Of a DNA stretch of 64,000 nucleotides, positions 29,625-39,461 are shown piece after piece. Location of the stretch: NCBI GenBank assembly GCA_963770565.1, contig CAVYQE010000002.1:576001-640000 (forward strand), in the 5' to 3' direction. The notes under the pieces are model-generated. The model had not been told where the DNA came from and did not search any database. It worked only from the letters and a program-made list of their open reading frames with translations. Source of the DNA: an uncultured Actinomycetota bacterium (GTDB taxonomy: Bacteria > Actinomycetota > Actinomycetes > JAFAQI01). How positions within the stretch are numbered: position 1 is the stretch's first letter; each line of letters opens with the position of its first letter. A program made the position numbers and the translations under genes.

Positions 29625-30773
29625 TCAGACCGGGGGTGTCACGAACCGGGTGGCCGCAAACCCGTGGGCCTGGGTGCGCGGCAGCACCACCCGATAGCGG
29701 ACCGGCCGCGAAGCCGGCACCGGCACCGCGAACAACGCATCGCCCGACCCGTCAAGCTGCATGGTGGCGACACCGACCCAGCCGGTCCTCCCCCGGCGCT
29801 GCAACATTACGACGTCCCCCTGCTGCCCGCCCTCGGTCGTGATCGACGCGTCGTACGACGAACCCTGCACGGACAGCGTCGCCGACACCGTCGGCATGAC
29901 GACGACGAGGACCGGCGCGCTGCGAACGCCTTGACCGGCGAGCAGCCGCAACCGCACCGAGTGGGTCAGGTCGGCGGCGGTCAGGTCGACCGAGCCGTCG
30001 GAACCGGTGAGACCCATGTCGATCTGGCTCAGGGTGCTCTGTCCGGTCAGCCGTTCCATCAGCCAGATCCGGTGCCCGGCAATCGGCTCGCCGGTCGAGG
30101 TCGCCAGCCGTCCCAAGACGGTGACCGAACCGTCGACCGGCACGCTCGACGCCGACAGCGTGATCGTGATCGATCCCAGCAGCGGGGGCGTGAGGGTCGG
30201 CGTCGGCGTCGGCGTCGGGGTGGGGGTCGGGCTGGTCGACGGCGGCGGCGAGGAGGCCGCACTCGACGGCGAACTGCTCGGCGACGTGCTCGGCTTGCCG
30301 CTGCCGTGCCGCTGGCTGGACGGCTTCGCCTTCGGGGTCGGGGTCGGGGTCGGGGTGGGCGTCGGCGCGACTACCACCGCCGGCGTACTCGGCTGACCGG
30401 CAGCCTGCTGGCCGCCCGGGGTCGGCGACGAGCCGTGATGTCCCTTGGCGGTGTGCTTGTGATGGGCTGGGCTGGGCGCGGGGATGCCGGCCCAGCCACC
30501 GACGTCGTTGAACACCCGCTGCACCGTCGACGGCAGCGCGGCGGTGTACGCCGCGGCCACCCCGCCGGAGAACGCGATCGCGATCGCCAGGGCCGAGCCG
30601 CCGACGCCGAGGCGCCCGGCGAACCGGCGCCGGGACCGGGTCGGGACCGCCGCGCGGAACGCGGCCAACGCTCCCGCCTCGCCGGCCAGCTCGTCGGCGG
30701 TCGCGGGCGCGGTCAGTGCCTGAACGACCGGGTCGTCCCGCCAGGCGGTCAGGTCATCCTTGCGACGACGCAC
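29625..30773 (-). CDS. putative anti-sigma factor: TM helix, Pro/Thr linker and Ig-like domains
   Basis: ALTAPATADELAGE..ALAAFR N-terminus, TM, PT repeats, beta-rich C-terminus; abuts the ECF sigma gene. Confidence 0.78.
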   Translation of the reverse strand: MRRRKDDLTAWRDDPVVQALTAPATADELAGEAGALAAFRAAVPTRSRRRFAGRLGVGGSALAIAIAFSGGVAAAYTAALPSTVQRVFNDVGGWAGIPAPSPAHHKHTAKGHHGSSPTPGGQQAAGQPSTPAVVVAPTPTPTPTPTPKAKPSSQRHGSGKPSTSPSSSPSSAASSPPPSTSPTPTPTPTPTPTLTPPLLGSITITLSASSVPVDGSVTVLGRLATSTGEPIAGHRIWLMERLTGQSTLSQIDMGLTGSDGSVDLTAADLTHSVRLRLLAGQGVRSAPVLVVVMPTVSATLSVQGSSYDASITTEGGQQGDVVMLQRRGRTGWVGVATMQLDGSGDALFAVPVPASRPVRYRVVLPRTQAHGFAATRFVTPPV

Positions 30774-31322
30774 TCAGACCACCTCCGCCGGTTGGACGCG
30801 CGGATCACGGGACAACGCCCGCAGCCCTCGGTGGACACTGACCCGGACCGCACCTGGTGACTTCCCCACAATGCCTGCGACGGTTGCAACGTCCAAGCCG
30901 GCGATGACCCGGAGTGCGACCAGCTCGGCCTGCTCCGACGGCAGCGAGTTGACCAGGGCGAGCGCCTGCTCGGTGGAGATCCGGTCCATCGCGACCGACT
31001 CGGCCGAGGCGACCAGCTGCGGCTTGCCCGCGTTGCCGACGTCTGCGATCGGGACGACCGGGCGGGCCGCCTTCGACCTGGCGGCATCGATCGCCCGGTT
31101 GCGGGCAACGGTGAACAGCCAAGCCCGGAAGCCGTCGGCGGTGCCGATGAAGCTCGGCAGGTCGCGCACGATCTGGAGCCAGGTCTCGGCTGCGACGTCC
31201 TCACAGCCGTCGCCGTTGTGCACCCGCAGATAGCGCAGCAGGCGCGGCTGCAAGGTTCGCCACAACTCCAAGAAGCCCGACTCGTCGCCGGCCCGGGCCC
31301 GCGCAAGGGCGTCGTCCAGCAC
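30774..31322 (-). CDS. ECF RNA polymerase sigma factor
   Basis: GDESGF.ELW, EDVAAETW, FRAWLFTVARNRAID, LP.EQAE.VALR, PGAVRV.VHRGL; GTG 31322 is the inferred start. Confidence 0.9.
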   Translation of the reverse strand: MLDDALARARAGDESGFLELWRTLQPRLLRYLRVHNGDGCEDVAAETWLQIVRDLPSFIGTADGFRAWLFTVARNRAIDAARSKAARPVVPIADVGNAGKPQLVASAESVAMDRISTEQALALVNSLPSEQAELVALRVIAGLDVATVAGIVGKSPGAVRVSVHRGLRALSRDPRVQPAEVV

Positions 31323-31360
31323 CCCGTCGACCTGGCTCGGAGAAGAGCCAGGTCGACGGG
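31323..31360. promoter_or_regulatory. perfect 16-bp stem-loop abutting the sigma start codon
   Basis: CCCGTCGACCTGGCTC-GGAGAA-GAGCCAGGTCGACGGG. Confidence 0.75.
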
Positions 31361-31435
31361 TGCGCGACGTGAGGTCCGATTCGATCCGAACCGTCCCCTT
31401 CCCATGACCTCGTCGAGCCGGACCATTTGCCTCTC

Positions 31436-32428
31436 TTAGGAAACGGTGACAGTAACGATGCCGCTCTGGCAACCGTCGTAGATCGGACCACCCGCAAAGA
31501 CCAACTGATAGTCCTCGGACACGCTCGGCGCGGGCTCGTCGAAGGCGACCGCGCCGTTCTTGTCAGCGCGCTGAGTTGCCACCGCGGTCCAGGTCGTCGT
31601 ACCGCTCGGCCGTTCCTGCAGGGTGACCTTGCGGTGCGCGAGGCCTTGCCCGCCGCCGCGCAGGTCACCGGTGATGAGCTCGTCTCCGGTCTTGCGAACG
31701 ACTCTGGCCCGGATCGACAGTGAACTCGGCAGCAGCACGTGCACGGTCGCGATCGCGCTGCGGGCGCCGTTGTCGGTCTCGGTCTTCTTGAACACCAGGC
31801 TGTAGTGCGTGGTGACCGCGGGAGTCACGATAAAGCCGACGCTGCCGTCCGCTGCCGTGATGCCGGTGCCGAGCTTCATCCAGCCGTGGTTGCCGTGCCG
31901 GCCGAGCAGTCCAACGGTCTGACCCGCGAGCGGCGAGCCATTGAGGCTCAGCACCCCGGAGACCGTGTCCGAGTCACCCGGCTGGATCGAGCCGGCGCTC
32001 AACGCGATCGTCAACGACGTGGTGTTGCGCACTCGTACGACGGCGATGGCGCTACGCGAGGCCTGCTGGAACTTGTTGCCGGCAAACGCGAGGACGTAGC
32101 GGGTGGTGACCGATGGGCTGACCTGGAAACCGACGCCGCCGTGCGCCCCGGTGCGGTGCACCGCCTCCTTGGTCCAAGCGGTGCTGCCCTGCGGCTTGTC
32201 GAGCAGGACGATGCGGTGGCCGGCGACATGGCCGTCGCGAGCCTGGAGCACGCCGCTGATCAGGTCGCCGCCACCGGGGTTGATGCTGCCGTGGGCGACG
32301 CGGATCGACAGCGAGGTATGCGCCTTGGGCGAAGCGGATGCTGCCCCCGCAACCAGCACCACACCACTGAACGCAGCAACGGCGACCGCCATTGCCGCCG
32401 CCGTTCGGCGAGGAAGGGTCATCGTCAT
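31436..32428 (-). CDS. secreted protein with three tandem Ig-like repeats of about 95 aa
   Basis: Signal peptide; repeats of TSLSI...ISG.L...G..V.L...W.....T...G.V.F...P..T..Y.L.F. Confidence 0.85.
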   Translation of the reverse strand: MTMTLPRRTAAAMAVAVAAFSGVVLVAGAASASPKAHTSLSIRVAHGSINPGGGDLISGVLQARDGHVAGHRIVLLDKPQGSTAWTKEAVHRTGAHGGVGFQVSPSVTTRYVLAFAGNKFQQASRSAIAVVRVRNTTSLTIALSAGSIQPGDSDTVSGVLSLNGSPLAGQTVGLLGRHGNHGWMKLGTGITAADGSVGFIVTPAVTTHYSLVFKKTETDNGARSAIATVHVLLPSSLSIRARVVRKTGDELITGDLRGGGQGLAHRKVTLQERPSGTTTWTAVATQRADKNGAVAFDEPAPSVSEDYQLVFAGGPIYDGCQSGIVTVTVS

Positions 32429-32483
32429 CGGGTTCCCTTTCTTGGACATGCCCCGCAGGGCCGGATCGTGCATCACCAGAGAC

Positions 32484-32510
32484 AGCGGATCGGCCCGCCG
32501 ATCTGTTACA
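32484..32510 (-). promoter_or_regulatory. candidate ECF promoter TGTAAC-N17-CGCT
   Basis: Minus strand TGTAAC (32510-32505), 17 nt, CGCT (32487-32484), upstream of the secreted-protein gene. Confidence 0.5.
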
Positions 32511-32573
32511 CCGCGCTCGGGGCACGCTCATCGGTGCCGTAGCGTCATTGCCCGTGACGACGGGATCGGACCG

Positions 32574-33104
32574 GTGACGCTGACCTTCCGCGATGCGACC
32601 CTCGACGACGTCGCGGCCGTTGTTGCGCTCGTGCAGTCGGCCTACCGGGGCGAAGCGAGCCGGGCCGGCTGGACGACCGAAGCGGATCTGCTCGACGGCC
32701 AGCGCACCGACCCCGACGACGTGCGCGCGATCATCGACTCGCCGGATTCCAGGATGTTGCTGGGGATGGACGGCGACGCCGGCATCGTTGCCTGCTGCCG
32801 GGTGGAACGCAAAGCGGGCGGCTTGTGTCATTTCGGCATGTTTGCGGTCACGCCGACCCGCCAAGCGGGCGGAATCGGCCGCGACATGCTCGCCGAGGCC
32901 GAGCGGATCGCCGCGGAGGACTACAGCGCCGACACGATGGAGATGACCGTCATCACGCAGCGCAAGGAGCTGATTGCGTGGTACGAGCGTCGTGGCTACA
33001 CCGCGACGGGCGAGAGCCGGCCGTTCCCCCACCTCGACGAGCGGTTCGGGCAGCCGCGTCGCACTGATCTCGCGTTCGACGTGCTCGTCAAGCCGCTGGC
33101 TTGA
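32574..33104 (+). CDS. GNAT N-acetyltransferase
   Basis: SAYRG..GWTTEA, FAVTP..QAGGIG, LIAWYERRGY. Confidence 0.9.
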   Translation: MTLTFRDATLDDVAAVVALVQSAYRGEASRAGWTTEADLLDGQRTDPDDVRAIIDSPDSRMLLGMDGDAGIVACCRVERKAGGLCHFGMFAVTPTRQAGGIGRDMLAEAERIAAEDYSADTMEMTVITQRKELIAWYERRGYTATGESRPFPHLDERFGQPRRTDLAFDVLVKPLA

Positions 33105-34123
33105 CCAATCCGGCCGGCTCAGAAGATCGCCAAGTACGCTCACCGCGCATGAGCAGCCCGTCGCCGAGCAACTGCGGCTTTGCGGTCGGCGACAGCGACG
33201 TGATGGCGGTCATGCTCGAGCGACGCCGGGCCGGCACAAAACCCGGGTGTCATGACGACGGCAAGCGAGTGGCCCTCGTGATCGAGGGCGGTGGCATGCG
33301 CGGGGTGTACGTCGGCGGGATGGCGCGCGCTCTCGGCGCGCTCGGGCTACGCGACAGCCTCGACGAGATCTTCGCGGTCTCGGCCGGCGCCTTCACCGGC
33401 ACCGGCCTGGTCTGCCGGCGTACCGACCATCTGGCCAGGGCCTACTACGACGACCTCGCGGTCGGCGCGTTCGTCGACTTCGGGCGCATGCTGGCCGGCC
33501 GCGGACCGCTGGTGTCGCTCGATTTCCTCCTCGACACCGTGATGATCGACAAGCACGGCTTCGAGTGGGCGCCTCTGCTCGAGAGCGACCTTCCGCTGCA
33601 TCCGGTGGCCACCGCGCTCGACACGCTGTCGGCGAGCGTGCTGAGCGGCCTGCACACCGCGGACGACTGGCGGCAGGCACTGCTCGCGTCGGCCCGGATC
33701 CCGTATTGGGCCGGCCCGCCGATCGAGCTGCACGGGCGACGCTGGGTCGACGGCTTCGTCACCGACCCGCTTCCGGTCGCCCGCGCGGTCGACGGTGGCG
33801 CCACCCATGTCCTTGCCCTGCTCGCCCGGGCGCCGGAGGAACGGCTCTCTCCGTCGAGCCGGGTCTCGCCGCCGATGCGCGCCCACCTCAACAACCTCGC
33901 GCCCGGCCTGGCATCGGCGATGACGCAGCGCAGTCGCCACCACCAGGACGCGACCGCCTTGATCGCCGGGCTGGTCCGTCGGGGCAGCGGGCGAATCATG
34001 GGCCTGCGGCCGCTGCGCGGCCACGGGATCCGGTCACTGACCAGCAACGTCGCGCGGCTCAAGCTCGGCGGCGACTCCGGCGAGGCCGCCGTACACCGAG
34101 CCGTCGCCCTCGCCACCCCCTAA
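33101..34123 (+). CDS. patatin-like phospholipase
   Basis: EGGGMRG, AVSAG nucleophile, ASARIP, VDG; start may be 33149. Confidence 0.85.
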   Translation: MTNPAGSEDRQVRSPRMSSPSPSNCGFAVGDSDVMAVMLERRRAGTKPGCHDDGKRVALVIEGGGMRGVYVGGMARALGALGLRDSLDEIFAVSAGAFTGTGLVCRRTDHLARAYYDDLAVGAFVDFGRMLAGRGPLVSLDFLLDTVMIDKHGFEWAPLLESDLPLHPVATALDTLSASVLSGLHTADDWRQALLASARIPYWAGPPIELHGRRWVDGFVTDPLPVARAVDGGATHVLALLARAPEERLSPSSRVSPPMRAHLNNLAPGLASAMTQRSRHHQDATALIAGLVRRGSGRIMGLRPLRGHGIRSLTSNVARLKLGGDSGEAAVHRAVALATP

Positions 34124-34202
34124 GCAATGTGACATTGCCCCCGCGTTCTCAGGGGTGGAGTCACATTGCCCCCACGAAGTGCGGGGCGATGTGACATTGC
34201 TT
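34122..34202. repeat. palindromic REP/MITE-like element, copy 3
   Basis: AAGCAATGTGACATTGCCC...GGGCGATGTGACATTGCTT, 81 bp like the core of copy 1; lies between convergent genes. Confidence 0.85.
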
Positions 34203-34214
34203 CGACAACGGGGG

Positions 34215-34721
34215 TCAGCCGCGCGGGACGGTGAAGCTGGTCAGGGTGGCGCCGCCGATGGCCAGCTCCGACCACGGGACCGGTACGTCGAAACAGGCGA
34301 TCCCGCTGGTCTGGAACGCGCGCGCGACCGCGTGGCTGGCCGCCTCGTCGCCTTCTCCATCGTCGAGGCCGCGCGCGAACTCGCCCATCGACGGGTTGTG
34401 CCCGATCAGCGCGAGGGTGCCGATCTCATCCGGGGTTTCGTGCACGATCGCGAGCAGCCCGCCCACGGTGTTGACGTAGATCCGGTGGTCGGCCACCAGC
34501 TCCGGGGTCTGCGCGAGCTCGCCGCTGATCACGTCCCAGGTCTGCCTGGTGCGGGTCGAGGTCGAGACGACGACCCGATCCGGGATCACCGCGGCCGCCG
34601 CCAGCCAGCGAGCCGCTGCGGCCGCATCGACCAAGCCGCGATCGGACAGCGGCCGTCCATGGTCCATCTCGCCGGCGACCGCCTTGGAATGCCGGATCAA
34701 CACCAGCCGTCGTGCCGTCAT
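34215..34721 (-). CDS. SixA-like histidine phosphatase
   Basis: LIRHSKA, DHGRPL, RTRQT, GHNP. Confidence 0.88.
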   Translation of the reverse strand: MTARRLVLIRHSKAVAGEMDHGRPLSDRGLVDAAAAARWLAAAAVIPDRVVVSTSTRTRQTWDVISGELAQTPELVADHRIYVNTVGGLLAIVHETPDEIGTLALIGHNPSMGEFARGLDDGEGDEAASHAVARAFQTSGIACFDVPVPWSELAIGGATLTSFTVPRG

Positions 34722-35779
34722 CCGACCAGCCCTTCCAGCACCGCACAGACCAAGCCGCCCATCGCGGTCAGGTCGTAACCACCTTCCTGGACTGCGACGC
34801 AGGGCGCAACGCCTGCGAGCAGCGCACCGCCGCGGCGGAAGCCGTCGAGGGTGACCTGAAGCGGGCTCTCCGGATCGACCGCGGCCGCATCGACGCCGAG
34901 CGAGAGCACGATCGCATCCGGCCCGAAGCGTTCCACCGCGGCGCGGATCTCGGCCACCGCCGCCAACCAGTGGTCGTCACCGGTGCCGGGCGCGAGCGGC
35001 ACGTTCATCGTCGTCCCTTCACCCTGGCCACGACCGCGTTCGTCGGCAAAGCCCAGATAGTGCGGGAACCAGCCGGCGCCCGGGTCGACGTGCAGCGAGG
35101 CGTAGTAGACGTCGGCCCGGTCGTAGAACACCGACTGTGTGCCGTTGCCGTGGTGCGCGTCGATGTCGACGACCGCGACCCGGGTCGCGCCGCCCTGGAG
35201 CAGGGCCTCGGCCGCAACCGCTGCGTTGTTCAGGTAGCACGACCCGCCGAAGCCGTCCCGGGTCGCGTGATGGCCCGGCGGGCGACACAACCCGTACGCC
35301 ACTTCGGCGCCGGCCGTGACAAGCCGGGCCGCGGTCACCGCGACGTCGACGGCGGCGCGGGCGGCCTCCCAGGTGCCCGGGCCGATCAGGGTCATCGTGT
35401 CGTAGCAGTAGCGCCCGGCGCGGGCGTGCGCCGCGGCCGGCTCGCGGGCCGGCAAGCCGTCGAGCATCGCCGCGGTCGGGAAGACGTACGGCACTACCCG
35501 GTTCTGCCCCGGGTCGTCGGGGAAGCCGGCGGCCACCCACCGGTCCCATGCGCCCGCCAGATAGCCGAGCAGCTCGACGCTGTGCACCCGCTGCAACAAC
35601 GCGTCATCGCAACGCTCGGCGACGACCTGCTCGGCTCCTGCGGCAGCGGTCGCGGCCCGCACCACCTCGACCCGCTCGGGCAGCTCGGTGCCCGGTGTCC
35701 GTACGCCGACCCAGATCTCGGCGTCCGGCAGGTGCCGCAGGCAGTCGTCACTGCTCACGACCGGAACCGGCAAGGTCAT
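34718..35779 (-). CDS. histone deacetylase family amidohydrolase (acetylpolyamine amidohydrolase-like)
   Basis: RPPGHH, GSCYLNNAA, DIDAHHGNGTQ, SLGVD, QEGGY. Confidence 0.92.
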   Translation of the reverse strand: MTLPVPVVSSDDCLRHLPDAEIWVGVRTPGTELPERVEVVRAATAAAGAEQVVAERCDDALLQRVHSVELLGYLAGAWDRWVAAGFPDDPGQNRVVPYVFPTAAMLDGLPAREPAAAHARAGRYCYDTMTLIGPGTWEAARAAVDVAVTAARLVTAGAEVAYGLCRPPGHHATRDGFGGSCYLNNAAVAAEALLQGGATRVAVVDIDAHHGNGTQSVFYDRADVYYASLHVDPGAGWFPHYLGFADERGRGQGEGTTMNVPLAPGTGDDHWLAAVAEIRAAVERFGPDAIVLSLGVDAAAVDPESPLQVTLDGFRRGGALLAGVAPCVAVQEGGYDLTAMGGLVCAVLEGLVG

Positions 35780-35802
35780 GGTCAACGACCCCTTCTGACG
35801 GC

Positions 35803-36900
35803 ATGCTGGGCGGCGTGCGTGTTGCTGACTTGGGAATCAGTATCGGCCAGCTCCCCACCGGCCCGACGAACTCGGTGCTCGATGTGCCGAACGTCGGGTT
35901 CGGTCACGCCACGATCTGGCGCGACGACCCGGACCCGCCGGACGGCGACGGCACTGCCCGCACCGGCGTGACCGTGCTGGATCTCGGCGGCAACGCCTTC
36001 ACCGCACCGATCCCGGCCGGGGCCGCGGTCTTGAACGGCTGCGGGGAGTGCACCGGGATCACGCCGATCAACGAGTGCGGCGCGATCGAGACCCCGATCT
36101 TCCTCACCTCGACGATGCAGCTGGGTCGGGTGTACGACGCGGCGATCGAGATCCTGGTCGGCGAGGAGCCCGAGATCGGCGTCGTCGACGTCACCATTCC
36201 GGTCGTCGCCGAGTGCGACGACAGCTTCCTGTCCGACCCCCGCCGGGTGCGGGTCACGGTCGACGACGTCCGGGCGGCGCTCGTCCAGGCCCGAGCCTCG
36301 GCCGGTGGCACGGCGTTTGCCGAGGGCGCGGTGGGCTCCGGCACCGGGATGAGCGCGCTGGGCTACAAAGGTGGCATTGGCACCGCCTCGCGGGTACTAC
36401 CGGACGGTCACACGGTCGGCGTGCTCACGATGACGAACTTCGGCGATCGGCACCGGTTGACCGTGGGCGGTGTGCCGGTCGGTCGGCTGCTCCCCGATCC
36501 GGGCGACAGCGGGCCGCCTCGGCCGCCGGGCTCGTGCATCGTGGTCGTCGTCACCGACGCGCCGATCGACCCCGACGGGTGCGAGCGGCTGGCGCGCCGC
36601 GCCGGTCTCGGACTGGCCCGGGTCGGCAGCACCGCCTCCAACGGCTCGGGTGAAATCTTCCTCGCCGCCGCGACCGGCCTCCGTGCCCCGCGCGGCGCCC
36701 CGCCGGCCGGGATCCCGTTGACCGGTCGCACCCTGGACCCGTATTTCGAAGCGGTCGTCGACACCACCGAGGAGGCCGCACTCAACAGCCTGCTCGCGGC
36801 AACCACGGTCGTCGGGCGGGAGGGAAACACCTCACACGGATTGCCGTTCGACGACGTACGACGGCTTGTCGCTGCCGCCCAGCCGGGTGCGCATGGCTGA
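35803..36900 (+). CDS. DmpA / P1 family (S58) aminopeptidase
   Basis: ARTGVT, PVVAECDD, EGAVGSGTG, KGGIGTASR, G-S-C autoproteolytic site, NGSGE. Confidence 0.9.
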   Translation: MLGGVRVADLGISIGQLPTGPTNSVLDVPNVGFGHATIWRDDPDPPDGDGTARTGVTVLDLGGNAFTAPIPAGAAVLNGCGECTGITPINECGAIETPIFLTSTMQLGRVYDAAIEILVGEEPEIGVVDVTIPVVAECDDSFLSDPRRVRVTVDDVRAALVQARASAGGTAFAEGAVGSGTGMSALGYKGGIGTASRVLPDGHTVGVLTMTNFGDRHRLTVGGVPVGRLLPDPGDSGPPRPPGSCIVVVVTDAPIDPDGCERLARRAGLGLARVGSTASNGSGEIFLAAATGLRAPRGAPPAGIPLTGRTLDPYFEAVVDTTEEAALNSLLAATTVVGREGNTSHGLPFDDVRRLVAAAQPGAHG

Positions 36901-38821
36901 GGGTCGAACCGAGTCGGCCTGGATCCCGATGGGCGACGGCGCCCGGCTCGCCGCGACCTTCTACCTACCGGCCGGCGACGCGCCCGCGGCGGCGATCCTC
37001 GAGGCGCTGCCTTATCGCAAGGACGATCTCACCGCCGGATACCGACCCGAATACGTCCGGCTGCGGGACGACTATGCGTACGCCGTTGTGCGGGTCGACG
37101 TGCGAGGCACCGGGTCGTCGAACGGAATCGCCACCGACGAATACCCGGCGCAGGAGCAGCGCGACTTGTCCGAGGCGATCGCGTGGATCGCCGAGCAACC
37201 GTGGTGCTCCGGCGCGGTCGGCATGTATGGCACGTCCTACAGCGGCTTCAACTCGCTGCACCTGGCGGCGGTTCGCCCGCCCGCGCTGAAGGCGATCATC
37301 GCGATCTACGCCAGTGACGACCGCTACACCGACGACGTCCATTACATGGGTGGCCTGTTGCGGGTGCTCGACCTCGTGGACTACCCGACGTACATGGTCG
37401 CGATGAACGCGCTGCCGCCGGTGCCCGCGACGGCCGGCCACACCTGGCGCGACCAGTGGCTCGAGCGAATCGAACGGACCGAGCCTTGGCTCCTGCGGTG
37501 GCTGGAGGAGCAGCGCGACGGCGACTACTGGCGGCAGGGCTCGGTCCGGCCGGCGTACGACCGGATCCAGGCGGCGACGATGCTGGTCGGCGGCTGGGCG
37601 GACGGCTATCGCAACAACACCTTCCGGACCATCGAGGCGCTCGCGGCGGCCGGCGTCCCGCATCGGTTGCTGCTCGGTCCGTGGAGCCACGCCGCGACGA
37701 ATACCGCGCTGCCCGGGCCGCGGATCGACCTGGTGCCCGAGATGGTCCGCTGGTGGGACCGCTGGCTGCGCGATGCCGACAACGGGATCGACGACGAGCC
37801 GCCGATCACCGTCTTCGCCCGGCGGTCGAGCCCGCCCGAGCCCGATCTCGACGAGGTGGCCGGACATTGGCGGAACGAGCCGGGCTGGCCACTCTCGCGT
37901 GCGCGCGCCGACGTGCGCCCGCTCGGCACCGGCCTCGTGACCCACCGGGTGATCCCGGACACCGGCACCGCAGCGTGGATCTCCTGCGCCGGGCACCTGC
38001 CCTGGGGCCAACCCGGCGACCAGCGCCGGGACGACGCGCAGTCCCTGACCTGGGAGTGGCCGGCCGACGATCTCGAGATCCTCGGCCACCCCCGGCTCGC
38101 CGCTCGGGTCGGTGCCGACACTCCGGTGGCGACCCTCGCGGTCCGGCTCTGCGACGTCTTCCCGGACGGCCGCTCGACCCTGATCACCCGCGGCGTGCTC
38201 AACCTGACCCGGCGCGACAGCCTCGAGCACCCGCAACCCCTTCCGGTCGGCGAGCTCGTCGACGTCGAGGTCGAGCTGGAAGCGACCTCGTGGACCTTCG
38301 ATCCCGGACATCGCCTGCGCCTCGCGGTCAGCGGCACCGACTGGCCCAACACCAGCGCGCCGCCCGCGCCGGTCACGCTCACCTTCGATCTCGACGGCTG
38401 CGCGCTGCACCTGCCACGGCTGGACGGCCGGTCGCCCTGCGATCCTCCCCAACTCGTGCCGAGCACTGACGAGCCGCACGAGCCGACCGACGTCGTCTGG
38501 TCGGTGCAGCACGACGTCCTTCGTCGTGAGACCGCCTGCGTCGTCGAGCACGGATCGACGTACGACGAGGCCGGCGTGACCTGCACGGAGCACTACACCG
38601 GCCGGGTCAGCGTCGACACCCGGACCTTCGCGCAACAGATCGAGGCAACCGCGAGCTTCCGGCTGGTCTGGCCCGAGGCAACCGTGAGCAGCCGGGCCGA
38701 GCTGCGGGTCACCGCGACCGCGACCGATTTCGAGGTCGATCTCACCCTGACCTGTCTCGACGGCGAGGACGTCGCCGCGAAGCGGGAATGGCACCGCGTG
38801 ATTCCGCGGGACCTCGGATGA
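36893..38821 (+). CDS. CocE/NonD family hydrolase
   Basis: PYRKDD, DVRGTGSS, GTSYSG, GWADGY, GPWSH. Confidence 0.92.
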   Translation: MAEGRTESAWIPMGDGARLAATFYLPAGDAPAAAILEALPYRKDDLTAGYRPEYVRLRDDYAYAVVRVDVRGTGSSNGIATDEYPAQEQRDLSEAIAWIAEQPWCSGAVGMYGTSYSGFNSLHLAAVRPPALKAIIAIYASDDRYTDDVHYMGGLLRVLDLVDYPTYMVAMNALPPVPATAGHTWRDQWLERIERTEPWLLRWLEEQRDGDYWRQGSVRPAYDRIQAATMLVGGWADGYRNNTFRTIEALAAAGVPHRLLLGPWSHAATNTALPGPRIDLVPEMVRWWDRWLRDADNGIDDEPPITVFARRSSPPEPDLDEVAGHWRNEPGWPLSRARADVRPLGTGLVTHRVIPDTGTAAWISCAGHLPWGQPGDQRRDDAQSLTWEWPADDLEILGHPRLAARVGADTPVATLAVRLCDVFPDGRSTLITRGVLNLTRRDSLEHPQPLPVGELVDVEVELEATSWTFDPGHRLRLAVSGTDWPNTSAPPAPVTLTFDLDGCALHLPRLDGRSPCDPPQLVPSTDEPHEPTDVVWSVQHDVLRRETACVVEHGSTYDEAGVTCTEHYTGRVSVDTRTFAQQIEATASFRLVWPEATVSSRAELRVTATATDFEVDLTLTCLDGEDVAAKREWHRVIPRDLG

Positions 38822-38840
38822 GCCGGGCGGTGATGGCGCC

Positions 38841-39449
38841 TTGGCGGTGAGGCAGGCGGTCAGCGTCCGCCGCGAGGAGATCCTGCGCGCGGCGGTCGAG
38901 CAGATCACCGAGCGCGGCTTCAGCAACACCCGCGTTGTCGATGTCGCCAAAGCGCTGAACGTCAGCACGGCGCTCGTCTTCTACCACTTCGAGTCGAAGG
39001 ACCGGTTGCTCTCGGAGGCCTTCAGCTATGCCGCCGAGCGCGACTTGGAGCAGCTCGACCGGATCAGGTCGTCACGCACCTCAGCGGTACGACGGCTCAG
39101 CCGGATCCTCGGGTTGTACGGGCCGGGCAGCGCGCCGACCCAGGCCTGGCCGCTGTGGATCGATGCCTGGGCCGCCGCGTTGCGGGTGCCCGAGCTGCAG
39201 GTCGTCTCGCGCCGCCTCGACGTGCACTGGAAGGACATCGTCGCCGCGGTGATCGCCGAAGGGGCCGCATCCGGCGAGTTCATCTGCGCGGATCCGGTCG
39301 GCGCCGCGTGGCGGATTATCGCGGTTGTCGACGGGCTGGCGATCCAGTCCACCGTGCACGCCGGCCTGATCGCCCGACCCACGATGATGCGCTGGATCCG
39401 CCAGGTCGCGGCGGCCGAGCTAGGGATCGCCGAGGAAACCCTGCGCTGA
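38841..39449 (+). CDS. TetR family regulator
   Basis: N-terminal HTH (DVAKALNVSTALVFYHF.SK) with a BetI-like C-terminus. Confidence 0.92.
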   Translation: MAVRQAVSVRREEILRAAVEQITERGFSNTRVVDVAKALNVSTALVFYHFESKDRLLSEAFSYAAERDLEQLDRIRSSRTSAVRRLSRILGLYGPGSAPTQAWPLWIDAWAAALRVPELQVVSRRLDVHWKDIVAAVIAEGAASGEFICADPVGAAWRIIAVVDGLAIQSTVHAGLIARPTMMRWIRQVAAAELGIAEETLR

Positions 39450-39461
39450 GAGTTGCGGCGG

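Noticed and set aside
36965-38968. Long antisense ORFs (667 aa here; also 41779-43437) and the out-of-frame ORF 16236-18113
   Set aside because: They overlap well-supported genes and have biased, motif-free composition typical of GC3 shadow frames
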